Positions 32,268 through 45,867 of a stretch of DNA of 64,000 nucleotides are shown here, piece after piece. The stretch lies in assembly GCF_001194135.2 (NCBI RefSeq), contig NC_068992.1, positions 9,816,647 through 9,880,646 of the forward strand. The letters are read 5' to 3'. Under the pieces are notes generated by a model, which searched no databases, was not told the origin of the DNA, and was given only the letters and a program-made list of their open reading frames with translations. The translations under genes were made by a program, and so were the position numbers. Numbering within the stretch: the first letter of the stretch is position 1; every line of letters starts with the position of its first letter. Origin of the DNA: Octopus bimaculoides. Its lineage: Eukaryota.

Positions 32268-33720
32268 TCCAATAAAGGGGCAAGGTTTGTAGTTTTGAAG
32301 GGAGGGGTTTAGGTGCTACCACTGACCTCAAGTACTTGACTGGTACTTTATTTTATCGACTCCATAAGAATAGCCTCAACAGGAAATGAACAACATAATG
32401 ATAATAATAATAATTATTATATTTCAAATTTTGACACAAGGCTAGCAATTCTGGGGGAAGGGTGTAAGTCTCCATTGAGACTTGGTATTTATTTCATTCA
32501 CCCCAATATGATGAAAGACAAAGTTGAACTTGGGGGAATTTAAAGTCAGAACATAAAAACAAACAAAATGTTGCCAAGCATTTTGTCCAGTATGCTAACC
32601 ATTCTGCCACTTTGCTACCTTAATAATAATAATAATGGTTTTAATATGGGTAACAAGGCCAGTAGTTTTGAAAGGATGTGATTGGGTGACACCATCAACC
32701 CCAGTACTTGACGGATACTCTATTTTATTGACCCCAGAAGAACAAAAGGCAAAGTAGACCTCAGCAGGATTTGAACTTGGAGTGTCAAAGGAGAATAGAA
32801 ATACCTCATGGTATTTTGGTCAGCATTCGAACAGTCCAGTCAATCTACCAGCTTTAAGAATTGTTCCTGATTTAAGCAGAAAATCAGTGATTTCATGGAG
32901 AAGAGTTGAGATAATAGCATCGACCCCAGTATTTGGCTGGTACTTTCTTTTATTGACCCCCCCCCCAAAAAAAAATTAAAGGTCAAGTCAACTTCAGCAG
33001 GATTTGAACTCAGAATGGCCTGGCTCTCCATTGGCTATGAATTTTTCAGTCAATTCAATTAATGTGCAAGTGGCTGAGTACTCCATAGACATGTGTACCC
33101 TTAATGTAATTTTTCAGGGAGATTCATCATGACACACGCAATGTGACAAGGCTAGTGCCTGACTGGTGTTTAATTAACCCCCGAAAGGATGAAGGGCAAA
33201 ACTAACATTGGTGGGATTTGAACTCAATATAAATAATTGTCTCAAATTTTGGCACTGGGAGAGGGAGGGGTTTAGTGAGTACCATGAAACCCCAGAACCC
33301 GACTGGCGTTTGATTCTGTTGGCCTTGAAAGGATTGAAAGTTGGCTTTGGCAGGATTTGAATGTTAAGAGCTGAGGAAAATGGTGCAAAGCAATTTGTCC
33401 AGTGCAGTGACAATTTTACCAGCTTGTTGCTTTAATAATAGTAATAATTCTTTCTACTATAGGCACAAGGCCTGAAATTAGGAGGCGGGGGGGGGGTAGT
33501 CGATCACATCGACCCCAGTATTCAGCTGATACTTATTTTATCAACCCTGAAAGGATGAAAGGCAAAGTTGACCTTGGTGGAAGTTGAACTCAGAATGTAA
33601 AGACAGAAGAAATACCACTAAGCATTTTGTCCGGCTAACAATTCTGCCAGCTCTTCACTTTAACTAATAATAATGATGATGATATTAATAATAATAATAA
33701 TGATAATAATAATAATAATA
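32268..33720 (-). mobile_element. Head-to-tail array of about seven co-oriented family B-like SINE copies separated by (AAT)n
   Basis: Recurring GGCACAAGG...GACCCCAGTA...AAAGGCAAAGT..ACC...GATTTGAACTC...TTCTGCCA units at ~32270, 32420, 32637, 32860, 33160, 33235 and 33450. Confidence 0.75.
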
Positions 33721-34634
33721 AACACTTGATGGTAAAATAGCTTTATATGATCTCAAGAAGAATCAGTAACAACGTTGAGGTGCTTGTTATCAATAATCCA
33801 ATAATTGTAGTTGTAATAGTAGTAGTAGTAGTAGTAGTAGAAGTAGTAGTAGTAGTAATAGACCAGATTTTGCTTCTGGATTCTCAGAGTTTGTCAGTTA
33901 TTTTAGTTTACTTTTACATTTATTTGTACTGTTTTTTTTTTGTTTTTCTTTCTTTCCTGTCAGCTTGAAAAACGGATTTCAAGTAAATAATTCAGAACCG
34001 CTTGTTTGAGTGTTTATGGATTTTGTGTGCAATGTAAAAGGAGATGGAGGGAAAGGGCAAGGGACATAAACAAAATAAGGTATTCACTGTCAACGTAGCA
34101 TAAAATTAGTATACAAACTAGATATATACAGGTGTACATATTAGTCAAAAATCTTTAAAAAGACAACAAACGAACGAACAACATCTAATACTAACAAAAA
34201 GGAAAAAGCCTTTGTTTTCTTAATTTTCTTTTTAATTGTAACATGGTTAAATTGCACACACCACATGTGTGCGTTTTTGTGTGTGTGTGTATTTGAATGT
34301 GTTTTTTGTGTGTATAGTCGTGTTTTAATATAGTATCTGAAACATTCTTTTAGACAGAGAACAAAAAGAATGGAATAAAATAAAACAAATTCACTCAAAA
34401 AAAAAAAGAAAAAAAAAAACCAACAAAAAATATTTGTAGGATGGAATGGTAAATGTAAGTTGAAACAATTATCATCATTATCAATATCGATGATAATAAA
34501 TAAAAATGTTGTAAGTTTCCAGAAAAAAAAAAAAAAGAATTACAAAACAGCTGAGACATTTAAAGCTGATAATTAAGAAAAATGTTATGAGTATTATACA
34601 GTGTGTATACCCACTGTATCTGTATATGTGTGAC

Positions 34635-35100
34635 ATCTGATGTATCAATCTATTTAGTATGCTAAAATAGGACTTTAGTGAACCAGATCAAACTGCTTGT
34701 CGTAAGGAATCAAATTACCTCTACCCATCACGTGTGTTTCTAATATTTATAAACCACCAAAGCCAAAGAAACACACGTCTTCATCAGAGGCTGCCTGCAG
34801 ACAGCTGGACAAACCGAATTATGGCTTGAAATATATTCAATGAGTTTTTGACAGAGACTGAATAATACACGTTTCATTCCTGTTCTCTTTTATATAGACT
34901 TCAAACTATTTAATCAGTTTGACCAGCAATCTGCAGACAGCTTCTGATGAAGCATACACACCCAGCTCCCCCAGAACACAGACACGAGAAACACATCAGT
35001 GATGGGCATAGGCAATGTGATTAATGACTATAAGCATTTAGATTTAATTAACAAAAGTTCTTAATTTTAGTGTACTAAATAGGATAAAACTATATCAGAT
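34635..35100. repeat. ~465-bp imperfect inverted repeat (foldback)
   Basis: Collinear arm matches: 34650-34668 vs 35064-35082 (17/19), 34724-34731 vs 34999-35006 (8/8), 34779-34801 vs 34930-34952 (21/23); loop ~34837-34891. Confidence 0.85.
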
Positions 35101-35217
35101 ATTTAAAATATCAACACTCTGAATGAGTTTTGTTATATTCATTATAAATTCATTTTCACATTGAATATTTCTTACTGTCCTAAGAAATTTATTTCAGCAT
35201 TATATATACATACATAC

Positions 35218-35256
<39 letters not shown>

Positions 35257-36321
35257 GATATGCATCTATGTATATTTGTGTGAGTTGATGTATGTATATA
35301 ACACAAAATACAAATCAGTCAAAGAGTCAAAAACAATTTCTCTGGATGATGAATAGGGGGGGGGAGGGAAAAAAACACAAAGACAAAAAACCCCCCAAAT
35401 GTACAATAACCAGAAAGATTTATGCTTTTGTTTTTTTTTTCTTCTTCCAGATTTGAGAAAAAAAAAAGTTGAAATAAGATTCTGGAGAAAGAAAGGAGTT
35501 TGGATGAGAGATAATATAGGGATTAGAATACAGCTTGCCAATTGTCCAATTGTGCTGCTATCACAGATGATCAACAACTGAATGTTACACAAGGTGGTAA
35601 TGGTGGTGGTAGTGGTGGTAGTGGTGATAATAATAACAAGAATGATGATGATGATGATGGTTTTCAACCTTTACGCATGACGCGTCACATAAAAATTTTT
35701 TTCAGTTTTCTTTTTGAGAGACTTCGCAGTTGACCAAACCAATTATTAAAATATTTCTGGTTGGTATTTTATGATACTGATCCCCAAACGGATGAATGGC
35801 AAAGTTAACTCCGGCGGCTGGATTTGAACTCAGGATGCAACTTCATACTCTCAACAGTACTATGTTTGGTTACTGTGTTCTACCAATCCTGCAATTCCTT
35901 ACATTCACAATAATAATAATAATGATTGATTTCTAAGACAGGCACAAGGCCTCAAATTTGGGGGCAGGGAATAGAGTCAGTTAAAAATTAACCTGCAGTA
36001 TTTCACTGATACGTTGCTATATTCAAAGAAGACTAACTTGAAACAACAACAATAGTAATGGCTTCTGATTTCAGCAGATGGCCCTTGACATTAAAAGAAG
36101 AGTTATCAGTCGATAACAGCAAGCATGGTACTCAACTGATAATTTTATCGATTCCCAAAAGGATAAAAGGCAAAGTTGACCTCGGTAGGATTTGAACTCA
36201 GAATGTAAAGAGCTAGAGGAAATACAAGGCATTTTGTCCAATGCTCTAACAATTCTGCCAGTTTGCTACCCTAATATTGATAATTGTTGTTATATCTTCA
36301 GTTAGTCCTTTAGTTTAAAGA

Positions 36322-36416
36322 GGATAAAGGAATCTGATAATTTGGCACTTTGGCCATTCTCAAGGGTAAAGGGATAGAGGAATTGGATAATTTGGCACTT
36401 TAGCCATTCCCAAGGG
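36322..36416 (+). repeat. Two-copy tandem duplication, 50-bp period
   Basis: GATAATTTGGCACTTT(G/A)GCCATTC(T/C)CAAGGG repeated at a 50-bp offset. Confidence 0.85.
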
Positions 36417-39400
36417 AAAACCCTCAGTAAAACCTTAGAAGTGAGTTTTATATTTGCCAACTCCTGCACCAAATGGCTTGTCACAGTAATGATAAATGAA
36501 AAGAACAACTTAATGAGCCAACAATAGGGAGTTTCCATATAGTCACTCAACCTACGCAATATAACAGCCCAATTTAAACTCCCAAACTCATAGCATTAAA
36601 ATAAGGACCACAATATTTTTGTTTTCAGTTCTGACATATCCGGATTCTTTACACTAAAGACTAGATGACTAAAGTAACATTGTAGAGTTAAGCTCTGATC
36701 TATTCAGCTGGTTACCTTCTGTGTTTACTGATCCTGCTCATGCAGAGATTGAAAGGAACTAATAACAACAACAACAGCATGGCCAACTGGTCAGCTGACA
36801 CCAGTAACTGTGTCCATAAAAGAGGAAGGATTAACCCAAACTAATCCCTCCCTTATTACTAATCAAAAATTACAGGAGGAATAAAATTAAAGGAAAAAAA
36901 AAAACATAAACCTAGTTTAAATAAAATATACTCAAATTCAAATAAATAACCTTGTTAAATGTAAATTGGCAGTTGGATTATTTGCAGGGAGATGTTTTTA
37001 GAAGTAATAAATAGAATTGCAGAACGTAGCTTTTTGTATTGAAATATCTGAGATGAAAATTAAAGAAAAAAATGTTTAAAGGAACCAAACATTCATCATA
37101 AATTCTTAGAAAACCATGATTTACTACATTCTAAGATATTCTTTGTACCAAACATTATTGTGATAAATAGTAAATTGTCTTATCTTTTTTTGGCGGGGAT
37201 ATTTATGGCAGGAGGTGAGTGGAGGTAAATAGAGTCTATTCAAAGGAAGCAAGAGAAATGAAGGGAAGAGGAAGCTGTGGCACAAATGCCTGCCTCAAGA
37301 ACAATGGAGTTGAGTGAAACTAGCTACAGCCAGGGACTGAATCTGGAATATCGACATAGAGAGAGATGGGGAGGGGGAGCTTCACCCTTGCTCCATGTCA
37401 CATTCTCAAATGGGTCAAATGTTATGTCTTCCTTTTCAAATGACATTTTCTCTCAAATAGTTAAAAGCAAATTTTTCTTTTTGGCTTTTATAAATTTTAT
37501 AATTTAAGAACTGAGGACTCTGAAGTATTTTGTAATTTTATAAATTTTCAATTTATAATTAAATTATTCATAATACCTCACCTATTTATTGCAGCCATCC
37601 TCACTAAAAAAAAAAATTATCACCAGCTTATTTCCCCCTCAATCACTGATATTGCATTTCCTACCAAATCAAACAAACTGTAAAGAAATAGCAGTGGGAA
37701 CACTGAACAATTGATAGGTGTGTCAGCATGAGCAGCAGAGTTCAAATTCTACCCTGGCTAAAAAAAAAAAAAATGACTTGCTCTAAATTTAAGACATATG
37801 AAAGAGGTGTTCATTGGTGAAATCATAACAATTTAATTAGTTGTGAAATATCAACCTTAAGAATGAGTGACATTCCTTGCTCGCCCAACACACCAAAGCA
37901 GAAAGGATTAGTTTAGCTGTCAGCTCTAACTATTAGAACTCAGAATGTTAAAGCAAAAAACTTCGTTTGGCACTCATCTATTTCTGCTATTTATCACTCT
38001 GTAATTGTTGACAAATATTTTATTAGCTTGCAGTGTTGGGTTCAAATATTATACAGGTGTGCTTGTGTGTGTGTATATATATAATATATGTTAATTTGGC
38101 AAGGAAATAGATACCTGTAACAGAAGTAGTTCTGAGAATAAACAAACAACACAGTCTAAGCGGGCACAGAGATTGTTTACATAAATGCTTCTAGAACTGC
38201 CTTCTCTATCTTCTCATAAAGTTTGAAACTTTTTTATTTTGTGGAATTTAAACCAGTACAGCCAGTCTAGCTTTTCTGCCCAATGTCACCACTATCAAGC
38301 TTATGATTTTGAATACATTAGGTGTAGCTGCCCCACATACTTCATTTCATTAAGTTAATTCAACCAACTCCCAGTGTAAACAAACATGAATCATACAAGA
38401 AAGTATATGCCAGGAGGTGGTGGTGGTCATGGTGGAACCACAGTGGCATCAAAGATAAACAATAAAGAAGTCACAAAATTTAAACTCCCACCTGTCACCA
38501 CCTGAACATGACCCAATTGAGCATGTTCTTTTCATAACCTGAAAGCATGTAGACAGGTATTGTAATTCTATATAGTTACTACTAAATCTAATAGCCTCCA
38601 ATCATAACAGTAAACATATAAAGTGACCTATAATGGCTATTTCTGACTAGTGTCAAATTTACATCACAAATTTTAAGACATTTGCTATAGAAGTTCATAT
38701 AACACAATATAATTAATTTAATGCTCTTTTACTGGTTGGGTTTAATTGCAGATGACCTATTTATTTAATGATAATGTGGTACCATATAGTCCATACTTCT
38801 ATGTCACACAACCCTTTTCAGAAGTAACAGTGTTGACAGATGTATCTAAACCAATAACATCACTGTTATATTGCACATTTCATATAACTTATATATCATA
38901 CGAGCCATTTAACTAATCATATCGCTGTATAATGTATCTCATATCAGTTATTTAAATAAGTTTCATACACGAGCTACAAGCAATGTTGTTGTCATTTTAC
39001 CTGTCAACAAATCGTCCACTCACTTTATGCTATTGGAAACATGTGAAATAAGAAATTCCTTATTTGGAAAACAAGTAAGGGTTAGCAACAGGAAGAACAT
39101 CCGACTATAAAACAATGCCTAAACAATATATTCATGGAAGAGTAACCATAAAAATGAATAGAATACATATTCAAATACAAAAATAACTACTAAAACCTTT
39201 ATCTTTCTCCTTTTTTTTTTTCTTTAAATGGGAATATTTTTGCAAGCATTAGGGCTGTTGGAATATATTATAACTTTTTATGACAGACAAAATCATTTTG
39301 TCTTTTCTTTGCCGGTGTTGGCTGTTCATTATTTGGCAATAACATTTAAAAAACCGAGTAGGGAGAAGCAAACATCCCCATCACCCAATAAATAAATAAA

Positions 39401-40542
39401 CCCAATTAAAAAGCAAGCCCAATGATTAGATTACTTTTAAGAATTGTTAAATGGCTAAAATGGAAAAATTAAATCATGAAGAGGGGAGATAATCTTTGTT
39501 TTCATTGGGCTAAGAGAAACGCTATTAAAATAGTGGAATGAAAAAGAAAGAAATAAGCACAATTTCAATCACCATGTTTTGGGGTGGGAGAAACAAAAAG
39601 AAAATAAACCCAATCAAATGTATACCAGGATCTTTAAATGTTTACCCCACATAGAAGTGTTTATCATCACCAGGAAATGGATTTTTGAGGCAAAAATAAA
39701 TTGACTTTCCCTCTTTTCCATTATTTTGACCATAATTCACAATCCTGACAAACAGGAGACAACAGAGACCAGACGTTTCTCCAGACAACTTCTGCTTGTC
39801 CCTTTTGCAGGAAAAGTCAATTCAAAATAATATTAACCTAGTGAGTTACAACAACAGTTTATGGATGTGGCTAACAGTTGCAACACTGCCAAAATAATTG
39901 ACCAGTTAATACATCCAAATTCATTAATTACTAGTTGGATGGTGTGTGTGGTGGTGGTGGGGGGGATGAGGCTATTAAGCTATTAGAGACAAGATGACCT
40001 GCATGGGGAAAACAAACAGAAAAGAAAAAAAGCAAAAACAGTAACACTATGAAACCCCGTTTTTTTTACACATGTGATAGCAAGAATGATCAGAACTGAT
40101 ATCATCATCATCATCATTATTTTTCACTGCTAGATGAAAACTCTCAAAATAAGAGTGTTATTGACGAGACAAGTGAGAGTGTGTGTTGAGTGGGGAGGGA
40201 GAGAGAATGGGATTAAGATTTTTTTTTTTTTTGTAGGATGTACTCAAGTCAGATTTAAATTATCCATGGTTCTTGGGCTTTTTGTTTTATATTTATTTAG
40301 TATGAACATTAAACTGGTAACAATGTGATTCCATTGATTCTGTAAGACATTTGGTAAACGTTGACATTTACAAATACACAGTGATCTCGCAATTAAAGTT
40401 TGGTTTCTCTCCATGAAATTCATGTGGGAACATAGTGTCTATTTTAGAATGGTGAATGGGCATTCTAGAAAAAGCCGACCAGTACTGCTGGATTGTTCTT
40501 TGTCAGTCGGTAGGATGAGCCAGGCACTCGACACAGGGCTGC

Positions 40543-40679
40543 TTATACCTCTAATTCTTCAAAGACAGCACGACAGTATCTTACTGCAAGAGGGAGGGGT
40601 GCATCATCTAGTTGCAATCTGTTAATCTCTGCCTTCGATAATTTGCTGAATGCAGCTCTGTATGCACGATCAAATCCCT
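40543..40679 (-). CDS. DENND4: DENND4 terminal coding exon
   Basis: [14 protein letters not shown]...[21 protein letters not shown]. Confidence 0.88.
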
Positions 40680-43600
40680 CTGCAAAGAAGAAAAGAAAAA
40701 TGTCAATTGTATTTCATGTGTGTGTGTGTTTTACATTGGTTTGATATCATTGTATCATATATTCCTATAGTGTAAGCACACATGTGGTATGCATGTGAGA
40801 AGAATGCTGGCAAAAAATGCTATATTAATGAAGCTCAAACATCAAAAATGGGAAATGTAAAATAAGAGTTATCAGATGAAATGTAATTATGTTAAAAGAA
40901 GGAGCATTTATAAAGTAATGAAAAATTACAACCTAAATACTGTCAATTTTCTTTTGAAATTTCAAGTTTCCTTTAGTAGATTTATGTCATGTGTATCAGT
41001 ATATGTACTTTCCTAACAATTTATATTTCTCATTAAATTCTGATATAATTGTTATCTACACACTCCAAAAAGTATTTGTAGAAAATTTCATGAAAGTTAT
41101 GAGGAAATAAAGCTGACTCATGTGAATTTTGTGAAACTCCTCTCACTACCTATGCAAAAATGTTTTCACAACAAATTCTTAGGTTAGACTGCATGCTACA
41201 GTGTAAATGGCCAGAAGGACTGCATGCTAAAGTGACACCAACTGCAGACCGTGACATATCATCTGTTTACGTATTTAGGAAGTACCTTTGTAAGATGGGT
41301 GGATGCAATTCAAGGGAGAATTGGCTGCTATTTCTAGTAGGTCAAGCACCGAGTAGAGAATATTGAAAATATAATTTAGAGAATTATAAAAATTTTCTCA
41401 CCCAAATCAACAACGTTTTTCCCACAAGCCACAAATGCTAAAAACAATATTTCTCGGTAGAAGCTTCGCCTGTAACCTTTTCGAGACTTTCTCCGTCGAG
41501 CATCTGCTAACAGCTTGATTGGAGTGAGCATATCATTGACAACATGGATGTTGCTTATAATTTGTTGCATCAACCTGAAAGAGAGGAAATTATGATTAAC
41601 CTTTTTCTTACCATAACCCATGCTAGCATGGAAAGCGGACGTTAAACGACGATGATGATGATTTCTGTTGAAAAAGGCTGCATTTGTTTCAAATGATTTT
41701 TAACAGGGAAACTAACAATTATGCCTGCTTGTATGATATCTGTTAATTCAACTCTAGGCCTTCCTTTGATTTCAATAAAGCTTTGTTAAGAATTGTTCTT
41801 TTTTCTGCAGCATGATATTATGAAGGAAAATTGTCAACCAATGCAAACAACTAGTCTAGATGTGGTTTTAATGAATTTACAGTTCTGTGGTTCAAAAACC
41901 ATAATCAGGAAATTAATAATGCTATGTTTGAATTTCTATAACTACTGAAACTGCATGACAATCATGGAAGAATGGATTTTAATTCAAGGACAGACTTGTC
42001 ATTGTCATTATTGTTTAACGTCTGTTTTCCAAGGTGGAATGGGTCTGAGGGGTTGACAGGAACCAACAAGCCAGGGGACTATGCTGAGTTCCAACGTTTG
42101 CAATGGCATGGTTTCTATGGTTGAATGCTCTCTCTAAGGCCAATTGCTTTACTAAGTATACTGAGAACTTTTTTTCATGGCACCAGCACTAGTAAAGTCA
42201 CCAAAGAACTCACAAGACAAGAACCCCAAGATAGACTTTAATTGAAGCTACTATGTATCTCTCCCTATGTGTCTGTGTGTACGTGTGTGTGCATGTATAC
42301 ATCTGTAATGGTGTGCAAGTGTAAACTTTTGTCATTGCATGTCTCCATCACTGGAAACAGTAATGCTTTGCTCTTAACCCTATCTCTATATTTACAATTA
42401 AACTATGACAATAGCTGGGTTAGTAAACAAGTTACTAATGATAGAGGTAGACACTTTGTATTCTGTCACCCTTTGAAGACCTGTATCTTTGGTAAAGTTA
42501 TTACTTTCAGAAAATAAGTCCTTCCAGTTATAAAGAGGAACCACCTAAAGGTGCATTTCACCAATGCCAGCAGTATACTAAGTGTTTAGCAGAAACTCTT
42601 GAGTAAAGCAGTTGTTGTCATTTGACATCGATGTTCCCGGTTGATATTTTGGTAAACTAGTTTGACTTTGTTAAATCGAAAAAAAAAAAAAAAAGATATG
42701 AAATGGAAGGGAAAGAATTCAGCAATAACATACGGTCTTGAGTATATCTGAGAATCTGTCACAAGAGCATCAACAATGGCAGATGCACGACCTGAAAATA
42801 GAAAAGTGAGAAGAGACATGTATTAACAATAGGAAATACTATTTTCTGGTTCAAATGAAAACTAAACCTTAAAAATATTTATACACAACTTTCTACATCT
42901 AAATGTCCAAAGATCTTATATACTGTGATGCTAAGACAGTATCAACTTCACAGCACTTGGTATAGTATAAACACCTTGGCACATCAACTACATACAAAAA
43001 TGTGACTGCAACACCAACTCACTAAGACCTACTGTCAACATGACTGACCGACTATAAGCTATAGTCATGATTATTTTAGAATTTAATTGAAACTCATGAG
43101 GGGTGTATTTTGGTCAGCAATATAGTAACGAAAGGGTTAAGCATCCAGGCACCAGAACACTACTACAACATCAACCCGTTCGGTCACTAAGTTCAACCTT
43201 CCATAACATGCCAGACATAATTACCATCATACCAGAACATAGTTAATTAACAAAGGAAGTATGAGGCTGCCTGGCTGCAGGCAAATCTCCAAGTTACACT
43301 TTGCCATATTGGGAAAGAAACTGACAAGCTAGATATTCTTGTTGTTCATAACCCTAAAATGACAGGATGGTCACAATTGAAATGCTTTTGATTGTAGGTC
43401 TGCTGCATCAGGACTGACCGATCTCTTCTGTTATCATATTTCTTTTAAAATACACTGTCTTAGTTTCAAATGATTTTGAAAGTAATGAAGAATTTAATAA
43501 AATAGCTTTGTCCTTATTAAGCTGGTATTTGGAAAGTAAATTAACCTGAAATTGGTCATCATGGAACTAGAAGAGGTCAGAGGTGAGATGGTATCAAAAT

Positions 43601-43932
43601 GGTTAAAGTTAAACAACCAGTGTCATAGTTTCTTTATGCAGGGATCATTACAAACAACATCACCACTAAAATAATAACATTCCCGAACTAAGTATTTTAA
43701 ACCAACAAAGTTCTAAATACAACAGAAAAAAAACTTGGTTTATTAGGTTTGAAAGGTTTGTACCTGCTCTCCATGCCATGTACATAGGCAAGCCCATGTC
43801 ATCGTTCATCTTCACATTGTCCCACATGGTATGAACACTGACATTTCTACTGGTCAGTTTCATGCCATTATTAACAGGTTCATCCAACTGGAAAACAAAA
43901 CAAAGTCATCAACATTAAACACAATGACTGAG

Positions 43933-43980
<48 letters not shown>

Positions 43981-44174
43981 TTAGGGAAAAGAACCAAGGT
44001 CTATGAACTCATCGGTGTATATATTAATATATTTTAGACTGTGAAACTTAATTTAATTTTAATANNNNNNNNNNNNNNNNNNNNNNNNNNNNNNNNNNNN
44101 NNNNNNNNNNNNNNNNNNNNNNNNNNNNNNNNNNNNNNNNNNNNNNNNNNNNNNNNNNNNNNNNNNNNNNNNNN

Positions 44175-44212
<38 letters not shown>

Positions 44213-45826
44213 CCATGTGTTTATACAACAGTGCATGTAAGAGTGAGAGCACATTGTGTGTGTTTTGGTTTGTTTGAAGCATTCAGAAATTCGAAAAAAA
44301 GAACGACAAATAATAAATGAAACAGAAAGCATCAGAGAGGCAATGCATATCCTGCATGCAGATAAATTTTTCCTGCAAATTATAGTGTGGCTTACAATGT
44401 GTTGCTTACCCATACTTTGTCACTGAACTGAATTAATTAAAAAAATTTTTTTTTTGTTAAGTATCACCATTATTTATATTCTAAATTATGAAAGAAAATA
44501 TTTAAGGCTAAAATAAACTGTATTTGCAAACAAACCTCAAGTGATTTAAGCATTTTTGACTTTAAGACAAGTCCTGCAAGATGACAAGGAACAGCTATGC
44601 GTCTGAAGTACCAAACCTGTTTGGGAAGAAGTGGAGCAAAGCAATTTATAGGGTTTTTTAAAAACAAATTTGGTTAAAACAAAAACAAACCACACACACT
44701 CATTCATTTTCTTTTCCTGGTTTCAGTGATGGAGCTGCTGTCATGTGGGGGTGCCACTTACAAAGGATTTTAAGTGGCTGTATCAACCTTACAATGAGTA
44801 TATCAAACAAAGTTGACTTGGGCATAAAGGGATGTCACCAAATACCACAAGGTATTTTTTGGCTGGACAATATAATTCTGCTATCCCATGCATATAGCAT
44901 ATCTGATAGGCTTCTGCATAGTTTCCATGCAATGAGTTTCACTCACAAGGCTTCGGTTGGTCCAAAACTATAGCACAAGATCAGTTTGATTAGAAGTGAC
45001 TAGCAGTTAAATTAAACTAAACTAATTGCTACACTTTAACTTAAAATATCTCAACACTCCATCCAAAGTAAAACACAAAATGTAGAAAACTTGAGATAGA
45101 ATACTTACCAAGTTCCAAAATATGATTGGATGTTCATCAACAAAATTAGATTCTAATAGACATAAATCTCCGTCACTTTCAACAACATTCTCCAGCTCTT
45201 TGCGTAATACGAGTGGACTCAGATAGGGAAAAGTGATAGGTTCCAAGATAATAGATTTGCTGGAGATGGGAATAAAAGACAAAAAATTACAATTAAAGAT
45301 GATAAAGCATGATTTATAATGAAAGATGATAAAGCATGAAAGGGAACCTTCACCCATTGAGTTACTCTTTACTCTTTTTACTTGTTTCAGTGGCCATTTG
45401 ACTGTGGCCATGCTGGAGCACCGCCTTTATAGTCAAGCAAATCGACCCCAGAGCTTATTCTTTGTAAGCCTAGTACTTATTCTATTGTTCTCTTTTGCCG
45501 AACCGCTAAGTTACAGGGAGGTAAACACACCAGCATCGGTTGTCNNNNNNNNNNNNNNNNNNNNNNNNNNNNNNNNNNNNNNNNNNNNNNNNNNNNNNNN
45601 NNNNNNNNNNNNNNNNNNNNNNNNNNNNNNNNNNNNNNNNNNNNNNNNNNNNNNNNNNNNNNNNNNNNNNNNNNNNNNNNNNNNNNNNNNNNNNNNNNNN
45701 NNNNNNNNNNNNNNNNNNNNNNNNNNNNNNNNNNNNNNNNNNNNNNNNNNNNNNNNNNNNNNNNNNNNNNNNNNNNNNNNNNNNNNNNNNNNNNNNNNNN
45801 NNNNNNNNNNNNNNNNNNNNNNNNNN

Positions 45827-45867
<41 letters not shown>

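Noticed and set aside
32268-33720. CRISPR-like repeat-spacer array
   Set aside because: Units are ~150-220-bp diverged SINEs in a eukaryotic genome, with no short identical repeats or cas genes.
34939-35006. CTGATGA...GAAAC on the plus strand, and its inverted counterpart at 34724-34787, as hammerheads
   Set aside because: No stem II closing pair, G at the cleavage position and no stem I pairing; explained by the foldback.
45295-45339. 18-bp direct repeat AAAGATGATAAAGCATGA x2 near a DENND4 acceptor
   Set aside because: Simple local slippage duplication with no evidence of function.
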